Source: Octopus sinensis (lineage: Eukaryota). Taken from it: 64,000 nucleotides of DNA. Shown in pieces: positions 49,520 through 62,420 of this stretch (position 1 is the first letter of the stretch; every line of letters begins with the position of its first letter). The DNA is taken from NCBI RefSeq assembly GCF_006345805.1, contig NC_043011.1:52154464-52218463 (forward strand), written 5' to 3'. The position numbers and the translations under genes are program-made. The notes under the pieces are model-generated. The model was not told the origin of the DNA, did not search any database, and was given only the letters and a program-made list of their open reading frames with translations.

Positions 49520-50437
49520 TGTATGACTCTTAGCATTTTGATTTCAAATTCTGCCGAAGTCAGTTTTGCCCTTTCATCCTTCTGAGTTCAATGTAATAAA
49601 GTACTATTCAAAGACAGTGGAGTGGTGGAATTGTTACAGCATCAGGCAAGATGCCCAGCAGTATTTGTTCTGACTATTTGCATTCTGAGTTCAAATCTCA
49701 TCATAACCTACTCTGATGACAGATTTAATCCATTTATTGACATAATTCAGTAGTGATGCAGTGCCTTTATTTTAATTAAGTTTCAAAATAATGAAGAACT
49801 TTTTTAAAATAACGTTGTCATTTACTAAGCTGATGTTTGAAACATAAATTAACATCTTGATGGAAAGTTTTAATTAAGATTGCTTTAAAACAGGATGTTT
49901 GCATCATAGAACAAGGGGCAGTCTGAGACTGGAAGTTGGTGTCAAACAGTTCAATCCACTTCCTAGTTTAACACACCATACAATCCAGTCTTTCTCTTTC
50001 TTTGGCTGAAGAATCAACTTTATTGCGAGCATTTGGGCCAAGTTTCCACTTTAACCTTTATTGATATCAGCCTACCTGAAACTGTCTCTGGTTCCATGTC
50101 AGGAGAATCTTGTTTTAAAGTCATTAAATTAAAGCCTTCCATCAGAATTTCATCTTATATTTCAGACACCAACTTAACAATAACAAAGTTATTTCACTAA
50201 ATTTTTCATTATTTTTAAATTATTTGAAACAAAGGTTGCACATTACAACAGAAAAGTAGTAACAAAAGAGCTAGGGACAGTCTCAAGAGGGTTGGTACCA
50301 AAAAGATTGATGTAATCTAAATTGAAGTCTTCCATCAAAATTTCATGTTAATTTATGTTTCAAAAACTAACTTAATAACAACAGTTATTTTTACAAAATT
50401 CTTCATTATTTTCAAAGGCAGCGTATTTCAACAGAAA

Positions 50438-50785
50438 TCATCATCATCATCATTTAACGTCCACTTTCCATGCTAGCATGGGTTGGACGATTTGACTGAG
50501 ATCTGGTGAACCAGATGGCTGCACCAGACTCCAATCTGGCAGAGTTTCTCCAGCTGGATGCCCTTCCTAACGCCAACCACTCCAAGAGTGTAGTGGGAGC
50601 TTTTATGTGCCACCGGCATGAGGGCCAGTCAGGCAGTACTGGCAACGGCTATACTCAAATGGTGCTTTTTACATTCCACCTGCACAGGAGCCAGTCCAGC
50701 GGCACTGGGAACGACCTCGCTCGAATGTTTTTTCAGATGTCACCAGCACAAATGCCGGTAAGGTGATGCAGGTAACAATCACGCT
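50438..50785 (-). mobile_element. Family 1 SINE-like copy
   Basis: (CAT)n tail, body and decayed modules. Confidence 0.8.
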
Positions 50786-51574
50786 CATCTTCGTCCCTCC
50801 TGCTCATCTCAGAGGCCCTGGAAATAATCACTGGTATCATTGGCATTAACTTTCCTTCTGTCAGAGCTATAAAAAGAAACTAATGTATCTCTGCACGTAT
50901 GTGTATAGATAATATAGGAACCCAATCTACAATATCAATAACTGAAATCTATATCACAGTATTTTTGCTACATACAAAGTTAAAAAAAAAAAAACACATC
51001 ATCACCAATACTATTATTATTGCATTCACATCTGTTGCCTCTAACAGTGTCCAAAAGAGTCATTTGTTGTTATCAATCATCTCCAAATGTCTAATTGAAT
51101 CATCAGGTTTATATCAGGTTTATCCATTCTGCTAAACATCCCAACATCCGATCCAATTACTTTTTATTGTGGGACTCCTTCCTCTTACCTCTGGCCTCGT
51201 TATATTTTACCTTCAAAGATTGTAACAACACACCTCGTACAACCCACACCAACCATCACCCATATTTATTACATGTCCTTAGCACAGATGACTTAAATAT
51301 GCAAGCCATTGAGAGAATCCTCTACAAAGTCACTTGACTTGCAAGAAATAACAGCAAAATCTCCTTTGAATCACCTTGTAGCATTTCTCAAAGAAGGAAG
51401 GATCCAATAAACAATATTATTGTAATTATGCTATGTATAAATAAAAGATGAAATCGTTACAGCCAAAATTAATTTGACCATAGGGTCTCTCTAGATTAGG
51501 GCTGACTGGGGATAAGCATTTGAAATATATTGATGCCTGAGTTGAACCACATGGTACCATATCAATAAAGCACC

Positions 51575-51775
51575 AGTCTGTTCACAGACATTTCACGCTC
51601 AGAGTTGCTGAAGCATGGAATAAACTGCTTGCGTCAGTTGTTGACTGCCATGACACTGCATCCTTTAAGGCCCTCATGCTTTCCAAAATCCGTCGAAACT
51701 ACACCTGATTATATATGCACTTTAGATGAGTTGTAGTGCACCTGAGCACTGTACACAATGTTTATTATTATTATT
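51575..51775 (+). mobile_element. CR1/L2-type LINE 3' end fragment
   Basis: HFTLRVAEAWNKLLASVVDCHDTASFKALMLSKIRRNYT*, tail 'gttgtagtgcacctgagcactgtacacaat' + (tta)n. Confidence 0.75.
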
Positions 51776-52171
51776 ATCCTGCTGCCTAAATTTCAACAGA
51801 GCTGTGTCTCTTTCAACCTGTTGCAGTTGCCATTCTTCTAGCCTAACACTGTCTCCTCCAGCCTACAACCAGTTTTAGTGCTGTCTCCTCCAGTTTACAG
51901 TCAATTCTACATGTAGTTCCGATCTCCAGGACGTTCCACCTATTTCCTTTATCCTCCAACCATTTCTACCTGTGTCTCCTCCAGTTTCTGACCAGTTCCT
52001 GTTTTCTGTGCCCCATCTCCCAGCCAGTTTGAGCTGTCTTGTCCAACCAGTCCCGGCTGTGCATTCTTTGTCCAGTACCAGCTGTTATGCCTCTTCTGAC
52101 TTCTTGTCTGTTTCAGCTGCATGTCTCTTCCATCTTCCATCTCCTTTTACTGTGTCTCCTTGAGCCAATCT

Positions 52172-52440
52172 CAACTGTGTATGTTAGTTAGTTAGGCTCA
52201 AAAGCAAATAGCAAGGCCATGTAGGGGGACATGGAGTTAAGTACAGGGTGGTGTTCATGTATAGAGTTCAGGCCACTTGAGGTCAAGGGAGGCTTTGAAC
52301 AAAGTGGTCATCAGCATCTTCACCATCTCGTCTGGCAGCTTGTTCCACGGATCCGCAACTCGGACGGAGAAAGCTCCTCTCCTTCGATTGAGATGAAATC
52401 GTCGCAGGTAGAGCTTTTCGGAATGAGCTTTTATAGCCAA
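52172..52440 (-). mobile_element. CR1 LINE 3' end (different family)
   Basis: HSEKLYLRRFHLNRRRGAFSVRVADPWNKLPDEMV...FKASLD; tail (taac)n. Confidence 0.85.
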
Positions 52441-52752
52441 TACTGGCTGTGTGTCTTTTCCACTCTCCAGCCAGTTCCAGATGTGTCCTCAAACTTTACA
52501 GCCTGTACTAATTGTTTTCTCACTAATCCACACAACCCAGTTCTCAGTGTGCACCTTCATAACCTCGCAATTAGTTCTAGCGCTTGCCCATCCTTCTCTG
52601 GTTAAATATTCAACCAGAAAGGGAGAAGGTTGAATATTTAATCAGATTTACCTGATAGGTAACCCATTCCATTAATTTTCCTAGAGAACAAAAGAAAGTG
52701 AAGACAATCAATCTAGTATAAATATATAAAATCTAACCAACTATATACATAT

Positions 52753-52807
<55 letters not shown>

Positions 52808-52817
52808 GCGAAAAAAG

Positions 52818-52851
<34 letters not shown>

Positions 52852-53056
52852 GCCTCTAAATATGTGTTTGAGTGTGTATATATATATGTATATGTGCACA
52901 TGTATATGTATTTATGCATATGAATATACACCACCTTAACAGCTATGCCTATCAGGGTGTGTGCTCTACCATAACCAGTTGTAACATGAATCATACAGTT
53001 TTAGTCATATGCTCTGAGAAAATTGATACAAAAGGTGCATGTGTGTGTGTGTGTGT

Positions 53057-53093
<37 letters not shown>

Positions 53094-53407
53094 ATGCATG
53101 TGTCTCTCATAATTAAGGTTTACTATAAGACTATATAGGGATACAACAGTCACACAGTCACTAGATGTTGAAACAGTCATCTTGGCTTTCATTGTCCTTA
53201 CACACACACACATTAGCACACATAGCTGTGCATATAACTAAATGATTTTGGGTTCAATTCCACTGTGTAGCACTTTGAGCACTTACTACAGCCTTGTGTT
53301 GACCAATTGCTTGTGATTGAAATTTAATTTATAAAAACTGTGCTGAATCTCTGTGTGTGTGTTTGTCTATCCACATATATAGATAGATAAAAAAATAGAG
53401 AATGAAT

Positions 53408-53806
53408 AAGCTGGAGTGGCTGTGTGGTAAGTAGCTTGCTTACGAAGCACTTAGTTCTGGGTTCAGTCCCATTGCGTGACACCTTGGGCAAGTGTCTTCT
53501 ACTATAGCCTCGGGCTGACCAAAGCCTTGTGAGTTGATTTGGTTGATGGAAACTGAAAGAAGCCCGTTGTATATATGTATATATATATATATATATATAT
53601 CATCATCATCATCGTTTAGCATCTGTTTTCCATGCTAGCATGGGTTGGATGGTTCTACTGGGGTCTGTGAAGCCAGAGGCTTCATCAGGCCCAGTCAAAT
53701 CTGACAGTGTTTCTACGGCTGGATGCCCTTCCTAACGCCAACCACTCCGTGAGTGTAGTGGGTGCTTTTTACGTGCCACATATATATAGTGGTTTTGTCT
53801 CAAATA

Positions 53807-53853
<47 letters not shown>

Positions 53854-54063
53854 GTGTGTGTGTCTGTTTCCCCCCCCCCCAACATTGCTTGACAACCGAT
53901 GCTGGTGTGTTTATGTCCCCGTAACTTAGCGGTTCGGCAAAAGAGACCAGTAGAATAAGTACTAGGCTTACAAAGAATAAGTCCTGGGGTCGATTTGCTC
54001 GACTATAGGCAGTGCTCCAGCATGGTCACAGTCAAATGACTGAAACAAGTAAAGAGTAAAAGA
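53408..54063 (+). mobile_element. Family 2 SINE with a family 1 copy (53600-53780, minus) nested in its internal microsatellite
   Basis: Head and CORE to 53570; body resumes at ~53855 and ends '(gtaaaga)n'. Confidence 0.85.
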
Positions 54064-54089
54064 GTCAGCAAAACATATGGCATCACTTA

Positions 54090-54500
54090 GAAGCATTTAA
54101 TTTATAATTTAAATATGGTGTGGAGTAGATATAGTAAATAGGTAAGGTCTCTTAGAATTGATTCTAGAATAGCTAAACATGTTGCTCTTCTATTATTGAG
54201 TAAAGATTTCTATGTTGGTTAGGTATTCTGTCATTGAAGAGAAAGCGGAATAAGGAATATCCTTAATCCAGGATATTTTTAGTTACCACTGGTATTGAGA
54301 GATTAAGGAGTGTCTAAACTAAACGATGATATTGGTTGGTAGATCCATGATCAAAAGATTAATGAGAGGCATAGTAAATGTGAGTGTCAGCAAATCCATT
54401 GTTGAAGTGTCACAAAAAAATCCCTTGTGAAAATGATAGAAACTTATTTCTAATGATGAAACTAGCAACTTCTGTCATTTTTTACTGTGAATTTTCTGTG
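54090..54500 (-). mobile_element. Probable decayed Penelope-like GIY-YIG region
   Basis: Minus-strand fragments YASH.SFDH and SLISQYQW.LK..KDIPYS resemble the PLE motif Y.NH..SF.H...LS.Y.W.LK..IPY; many frameshifts. Confidence 0.4.
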
Positions 54501-55249
54501 ATACTTCAAAATATAAAAGTCTTTTCATTCTGTTTTTCTTTGACTATATTTCAGTGACTGAAACAAGTAAAAGATAAAAAAAAAAAAATGCCCCCCAAAA
54601 AGTTGTTTATTTTGTGGGAGTGGGGTGGGGGTTTTACTTTTTACTATTCATAACCAATAAAACTTAATTACAGTGTTCACCAAATGGGATAAATTTTTCA
54701 GTGATTAGGTGGGGGGGGGGGGACTCCAATTAGAAGTCACCTAAAATACACAAAATGACCAAAAGGGGTTAAAAAAATTAGTCGAAGTGAATGGTAATTA
54801 ACGACAATCAAAAATATTGCTACCAATATGATGCAAGCTTATCTAAAGATCAAAATACTCTGAGTACTAACACAATATAGTTATTTCTATTTAGCATATA
54901 TGTTATATAGATATATATGCTAGCATAGCATATGCGGTGTGTGTGTGTGTGTGTGTGTGTACAGATACAGGATTGGCTGTATGGTTAAGAAGCTTGTTTT
55001 CCAACTACATGGTTCTGGTTTTAGTCCTACTTCATGAAACCTTAAACAAGTGTCTTCTACAATAACCCCGAGCTGACCAAAGCTTTGTGAGTAAATTTAG
55101 TAGAAAAGAAACTGAAAGAAGCCCATCATATCAATAGTAGCAGGAAATTGTAATGATTTTTGGTCAATAACTGATGAGGGGTGAGCATGTCAACATCTTT
55201 TGTGTATTTTTTCCATGTGTTGACTTTCTGTGAAATCTTTTATTCTTTT

Positions 55250-55500
55250 ATTTATATATATGTGTGTGTATGTGTATATATGTGTGTGTGTATATATATA
55301 TGAATGTATATATATATATATATGTGTGTGTGTATATATGTATATTTATGTATATATGTATATATATATGTGTGCGTATGTATATATATATATGTGTGTG
55401 TATGTATATGTGTGTATATATATATATATATGTGTATATGTATATATGTGTATATGTATATATATGTGTATATAAGTATGTGTGTGTATATATATATATG
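55250..55500. repeat. (TA)n/(TG)n compound microsatellite
   Basis: Direct reading. Confidence 0.9.
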
Positions 55501-56269
55501 CTTATTCAAGGAGCAAATCAATAAGTTCATTGGGTGATTGAGTACTCATCATTGAAACTGTTGGAGATTTAACTTGAGATTTACAGGACTCGTTTACTGG
55601 AGATTTACAGAACTTGTATCTAGAGGCATTGTTGTGTGGTTAAAAAGTCCACTATACAGTACCTTGGGCAAGTGTTTTCTAATGATCATGAGTCTGACTG
55701 AAGTCTTGTGAGTGAATTTGGTAGATGCAATGTATTAATCCACTTCCTGGAAGTAATGAGCCAGTTAAAATATTCAACTGATAATTGTTTTATGAACATC
55801 CTCTTGCAAATCCTGGTTGAGAGATGAAGAAATGTAAAGTAGACTCAAGTAGAATTTCAACATAGACTATAAAGAGTTGTGCTTGAGTACTGAATGGTAT
55901 TTGATCTTATGCTCTACCATAATTGATTACATTGACCTCCCAATGCTTAACTAGTACTTATTTCATTGACCCAGAAAGGACAAAAGGCAAAGTCAACTTT
56001 GGCAGAATTTGAACTCAGAACATAAAGATGAAGAAAATACCACTAAGTCTTTTGTCCAACATGCTAACAGTTTCAGCAATTCCCCAATTTTTTAAAAATA
56101 AGCAATAATTATTCATAATTTTGAGGGGAGGGGGTAAGTTGATTACATCAACTCCTGGCACTTATTTAATCAATCGTGAAAGGATGAAAAGCAGAATTTG
56201 AACTCAGAGTGTGAAGAGCTGAAAAAGATGCTGCTAGGCATTTTGTCCTTCTGCTAGCACAACACCTTA

Positions 56270-56305
<36 letters not shown>

Positions 56306-57087
56306 GTTTCAAATTTTGGCATAAGGCCAGCAATTTCGGGAGAAAGAGCTCATCGATTACATCAACTCCAGTACTCAACTTGTACTTAATCTATCGACCC
56401 TGAAAGGATGAAATGCAAAGTCGACCGCAGTGGAATTTGAATGTAAGGCTGGATGAAATGCCACTAAGCCTAGCATGCTATCAATTCTAATAGCTTGCCA
56501 CCTTAATAATAATAATAATAATAATAATGATGATTATTATTTAACAATAAATATTTACATATGGAAAATTGCAGTTTTGAACCTTGCAAAAACTGTGTCA
56601 TTATCATCACCAGCATCATTATCAACAACATCATTACAACCAGCATTATATGCTCTTTTCCTCTGCTTAAGAAATTGCAGTCTATTTTATGATAATTGAC
56701 ACAATGGAATGAAACAAGAAACTAACTGACTAGGCTTAATTATCGACAACTAATGAGTACAAACTGGGCTGATATCCTGGTTCTGTTAACTAGGTGGCGC
56801 TTGTAATTCATACTTTGTGTGGAAGAAAGGATGACATTAAATACTGCGGCTCTTTAGATAAAATAAAAGAGAATTAGTAATAAGTTTGCTTAGCAACAGA
56901 AACACAGGCTGGACATGTTTCTACACAGCTATTGATGAAGGAGAGATGAAAGCTTCCATGATGGACAGATTACATATATGTGTACATACATACACACACA
57001 TTCATGTATATACTCAGATATACATAATATCCACATGTGAAGATGTGTGCATGTAAGCATGAGAATGTGTGTAAGGTGTGCCAAGGC

Positions 57088-57133
<46 letters not shown>

Positions 57134-57537
57134 TCTTTTACTATTTTGTTTCAGTCATTTGACTGTTGCCATGCTGGAGCACCGCCTTTAGTCAGGCTAA
57201 TCGACCCCCAGGACTTATTCTTTGTAAGCCTAGTATTTATTCTATCGGTCTCTTTTGCTGCACTCTGTAAATGGATTTCGTACTTGATTTTGAAAGAATT
57301 TAAGATATGAGAGGACAGGAAGTTGAGGAAAGAGTGGAGTAGAAGTACAAGAGAGCTGAGTGAAGCTGGATGACTGAGTGGAGTAAAAAGTGGACAAGTA
57401 GATCTGAGGTGGAGCTGAGATAGATGCTGGAGTAGAGCTGGGATTTTAATATGATTAGTATCTTTGTACAGGATTCCTTTTAGCTTTGTCTGGTTGTTGC
57501 CATTGTTATTGTTTAACCTCAGGTAATTCTTCAGTGG

Positions 57538-57790
57538 TGGAGGTGTGTAGCTTAGTGGTTAGGGTGTCAGCATCATGATCGTAAGATTGTGGTTTCGATT
57601 CCTGGACCGGGCAATGCGTTGTGTTCTTGAGCAAAGCACTTCATTTCACTTTGCTACAGTCCACTCAGCTGGCAAAAATGTGTAACGCTGCGATGGACTG
57701 ACGTCCCGTCCAGCTGGGGAACACATGCGCCATTGAAACCGGGAAACCGGGCCCATGAGCCTGGCTAGGCTTTAAAAGGGCTCATTTATT
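57538..57790 (+). mobile_element. tRNA-derived SINE, family 4b
   Basis: A box 'tagcttagtggttag', B box 'ggtttcgattcc', CORE-like 'gttgtgttcttgagcaaagcact', (tta)n tail. Confidence 0.8.
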
Positions 57791-58386
57791 ATTATTATCA
57801 ATTCTTCATTGAATAGACGTATTTATACATCACCCACAATGTCCTTCCTTTTTCCTAGATGCTAGTTACAGTGGGATATGAAAGACTGGACTGCTATTTC
57901 TAGCGGATTGATCAAGCACATAGAAACTTCCGTGTTGGTTCGTTGAGGCTTAGTCATTCCAGCTGGCACAGCATGGGGCGTAGGTACATTGCAAGATTAT
58001 TGTTGTGAGGATGGTCTTGTTTAATCAGTTAATTAGAATCTCTTTTCAATTCTTCAGAGAATAAGCGATGTGTTGTTTCCTCCTTAATTACCAGCTGTAT
58101 CTAATTAACTTGTATTTTAGTCATCTCCAGTAATGGAGAATGGAGAATTATGTTCATCAGGCTGACAGACCTATTGTTTGGTTTTGTTTTCTTTATAAGG
58201 AAATTTCTTTCAACTTTCATTCTCTGTTATCCTTCACCTGAAATCTCTTTCTTTCATGCACTCACATATACACACCTATCCACAAGTATTCATTCACTCT
58301 CATCTGCTGACTGACCTTTCTCTTTCACTCTCTCCTCATTGCTTCTTATTCTCTTTCCACTCCTCTCTTTGATATATATATATATA

Positions 58387-58501
58387 TTTATTTTATAGAA
58401 GGAGCTTCTACAGGACTAGAACTGTTTCATTCAAAGAAATCATCAGGAAGCTTTTGAATGAAACAGTTCTAGTCCTGTAGAAGCTCCTTCTATAAAATAA
58501 A
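58387..58501. repeat. Perfect 49-bp inverted repeat (17-nt spacer)
   Basis: 58387-58435 is the exact reverse complement of 58453-58501. Confidence 0.95.
58403..58452 (-). ncRNA. Type I hammerhead ribozyme motif (canonical core)
   Basis: agcuuc CUGAUGA uuuc-uuu-gaau GAAACAG-uucuaguc-CUGUA gaagcu: 6-bp stem I, 4-bp stem III, weak stem II. Confidence 0.8.
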
Positions 58502-58771
58502 TTAATTTACTCTGCTATGTATTGAGTACCTTATTTACTGTGGTTAACCCCGACTCAACCCGGGACCTATATATATATATATATATATATATCAATGTGT
58601 TATCTTATGGACACAAAGAGTTTACCATTAAACTGAAGGATTACTCAATACATTTAAATCGAGTATGTTTCTTAGATTTTTTTCAAGGAAAAGAATAGCA
58701 GTAACTTCAAAGTTTGACTTACTCACCTTTACCATGTATGGATGGATGGATGGATGCATGCATGCATGTAT

Positions 58772-58996
58772 GCATAATATGCTTACATATATATGCCCAG
58801 ATATACATAGATAATTGATACCGGTTGTAAAATGGATATTATTATCCTTTTGACAGTTATTCCAACCACTAGCTCTACTAACCTATATATATATATTAGT
58901 AGAGTTAGTGGTTGGAATAACCGTCTAATATCTGTTATACTACCAGTATAAATTATCTATGTTAACCCTGGGCATACATATGTAAGCATATTATGC
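58772..58996. repeat. ~225-bp fold-back element with (TA)n centre
   Basis: Arms 58772-58881 and 58896-58996; the inner 30 bp have 2 mismatches and the outer parts are more diverged. Confidence 0.85.
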
Positions 58997-59069
58997 TCAT
59001 AGGATACAGGCAATAACAAAGATAACAAGAGTTTATCAGGAATCAAATTTGATATATATATATATATAT

Positions 59070-59222
59070 GTAGTGAGAATTTACAAAATAACAAGACAAA
59101 CACAGGTGTGTAAACAACAAACAGATGTATTAGTTTAATGCTCGGGAAGTGAGAAAGTCTTTTATGTTTCGAGCCTATGCTCTTCAACAGAAGGGAACAC
59201 AGAAATAAACAGGGAGAGAAAA
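59070..59222 (-). mobile_element. Third copy of the CUGUUGA hammerhead-like PLE-derived family
   Basis: Minus strand: ccuu CUGUUGA A GAGC-auag-GCUC GAAACAUA aaag (59194-59159). Confidence 0.7.
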
Positions 59223-59657
59223 TAGAAAAAGATTTAGTGACTAGTGATCTATCATGGCAAATACCGGACAGAGGGGTCACACAGGAGAGCTAGGAAGAAG
59301 GGGAGATAATAAAGTAATGGTGATCCCAAAACGAAGGTGTGCATGCATGTGTATGTGGAAGGGGGCTGGTGACCTTGACGTGTGCTTGTGTATACATATA
59401 TGTATTTATAAGTGTATATGTGTGTGTTTGTAGCAGTCCTTTATACAGTATGTCTGCATGTGCATATTTTTGTGTGTATGTATCTATGTAGTGGTCTTTT
59501 GTCTGTTGTTGCTTATCCCATATCAGCCCTGATCCTTCAGAAACCCATATTCGCAGGCTTTTCCAGCAAATTTTTTTTTTATCTACAGCTATATTATCTA
59601 GTGTGTCCTCTATTTACTGTTTTAACCCTTTGGCATTCGGATTTTTTTGTCAAATAT

Positions 59658-60025
59658 GACTCTTTTACTTGTTTCAGTCATTTGACTGTGGCCATGCTGA
59701 AGCACCAGCTTTAGTCGAGCAACTCGACCCCAGGACTTATTCTTTGTAAGCCTAGTACTTATTCTATCGGTCTCTTTTGCCAAACCGCTAAGTTACAGGG
59801 ACATAAACACACCAGCATCGGTTGTCAAGCAATGTTGGGCACGCAAACATATATATATATATATACATATATACAATGGGCTTCTTTCAGTTTCCGTCTA
59901 GCAAATCCACTCACAAGGCTTTGGTTGGCCCGAGGCTTTAGTAGGCACTTGCCCAAGGTGCCATGCAGTGGGACTGAACCCTGAACCATGTGGTTCGTAA
60001 GCAAGCTACTTACCACACAGACACT
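59658..60025 (-). mobile_element. Family 2 SINE
   Basis: Tail, body, microsatellite, CORE-like block and head present. Confidence 0.85.
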
Positions 60026-60643
60026 ATTATGCTAATTTATTTACACTATTTTCAACAAATTGTACATTATCTCATAACTTTGTATAGGGTAGATGTGAGA
60101 GATTGGATCTGGTCAGTTAGAACATAATACAGGTAGAATATTTGAACCGGATATGGCTGGATTAAATGCTAAAGGTTAAACTGTAGGCTGTGATTTGAGG
60201 GAGATTTGGCTTTTGTTTCTAATTGGATGAATGATTCCACAGAACCCCACCACACTTTCATTGACTTGAATGTGGTGTAGTTTTAGTGCTGTGGTGTAGA
60301 ATAGAATGGTAGTTTTGCAATGTGGCATTGTGCTTTTGGTGGTGTAGGGAAGATGTGATGTAGTATGGTCATAGTATACTGCAGTTATGGCTGTAATGTG
60401 GTTGTAGTATAGTATAGTATAGTGGTACAGAATTTCACTGTCGTAGTGATAGTGTGTCTGTGATAAACTGATATAGCATTGTTGTGGTGTAAGTGTGAAG
60501 GTGTAGGTTAATTTAGGTTAAAATTGTTCCAAAATCTAGTTCAGTTGTAAGGAGTTCTGATGCGTTCAGAGGGAGTTGTAATGGTGGAGAGGAGACACGG
60601 GGCAGATGTAACAATTGGTGGGTGAGTGGCAGCCAGAGAGCAG

Positions 60644-60692
<49 letters not shown>

Positions 60693-61898
60693 ATACATGA
60701 TTGTGTATATATGTATATATATATGTGTTTGTGTGTGTGTGGTGGAGTGTTGAAAGTATTTGTTTCAAATCTTGTCAGAGAAAAAATGTTTTCATGGTGT
60801 TTGATAATGGTGGTGGTGGTGATGGTGGTTGTCGTCATCATTGTTGTTGTTAATGTTGTTGTCATCATGGTATGGTGGTGGTGAGTGATGCTGGTGTTGA
60901 GTCAGTGGGAGTGGTAGGATTAGTATGGTTACACAGGCCTATTGTTTGTTTGCAAATAAGATTCCTTTATTGTTTATATCAAAGTCGAAACAGAGAGAAG
61001 GTAAGAGGGAGGGAAAGAGATGCATTGGTGATGGTAGTGGTTGTGAGTAGGAGGAGGGGGTGGAGGAGGTAAAATATGGTGTTAGAGGAAGAGAGTGTCT
61101 ATGTATATTGCTACCCACCATCCTTGTTAGTTTCTCTCTATAACATATATACGCCTTTTTTTTTATATACCTCTAGCCTGACTCTTGATGATATGGTTGG
61201 ATCAGAGCAAGCAGGAGAGCTCTGTGTGTGTGCGCGTGTGTGTGTGTGTGTGTGTGTGTGCGTGTGTGTGTGCGTGTGTGTGTGTGTGGACTATTGGTTC
61301 GATGGAGATCAATAATATAAGTATCAAACTGAAATCAGCATTGGGTATAACGTGATCAGCTAAACCCTGAAGGTAGTGCTCCAGCATGGTCATAGGCTAA
61401 TGATTAAAACCAATACAAGGTGCATGCACACACACACACACACACACACACACTATTCTATCATTTTTTTTCATTTTTTCCCATGCTAGCATGGTATATA
61501 CAAATATGTTATTGAGGTATAATTTTTCAGCTGGATGCCCTTCCTGTTGCTAATCCTTACCTATTTCTCAAGTAATGAATCTCTTATTTCACAAGTCTTA
61601 AAGGGTACAGAGCCAGCATGATGATGAGCGTTTGTTTACAATTAGCATATCATGTCAACAACAGGGACACATTCACTCACTTATCTACAATATGCACACA
61701 CACATACACACGTACGTATGTACACTTAATGGGATTCTTTTCAGTTTCTGTCTACCAAATACACTCACAATGCTTTTGTTGGTTTAACATAGTAGAATAC
61801 AATTGCCCAGGGTGCCACAATGTAGGATTGAACATGAAACCATGTGTTTGGGAAGCAGACTTTATAATCACATAGTAAAATATATATATATATATATA

Positions 61899-62420
61899 TC
61901 ATCATCATCATCATTTAACATTCACTTTCCACGCTGGCATGGGTTGGACGGTTTGACTGAGGACTAGCTCTACCAGGCTCTACTGGCAATGTTTCTACAG
62001 CTGGATTCCCTTTCTAATGCCAAACATTCGAGAATGTAGTGGGTGCTTTTTACATGCCACCAGCACAGGGGCCAGTCAGGTGGCACTGGCGTTGACCACG
62101 CTCAAATGGAAATTTTTATGTGCCACCAGCACAGGAGCCAGTTAGGTGGCACTAAGCACGCTCGACTGGTGCATTTCATGTCCCACCGGCAGGGGTGCCA
62201 GTCAGGTGGCACTGGCATCAGCCACAACTACGATTTCACTTGACTCAACAGGTCTTTTGTAGCACAGCATATTGCCCAATGACTGAAGGGTACTTTTAAA
62301 CAGGCCGGTTAAGTGACACTGGCTTCAGCCATGGCTACGATCTCACTTGGCTTGCCGAGTCTTCTCAAGCACAGCATATCTTTAAAGGTCTCAGTTGCTT
62401 GTCATTGCCTCTGTGAAAAT
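61899..62420 (-). mobile_element. Long family 1 SINE-like copy with extra 5' modules
   Basis: (CAT)n tail, several decayed gtgccacc...cac modules, two 'atatgctgtgct...gagtcaagtgaaatcgtag' modules. Confidence 0.75.

Noticed and set aside
51065-51106. Minus-strand CUGAUGA with a UCAAU/AUUGA helix
   Set aside because: Followed by UAAC rather than GAAAN; no stem I.
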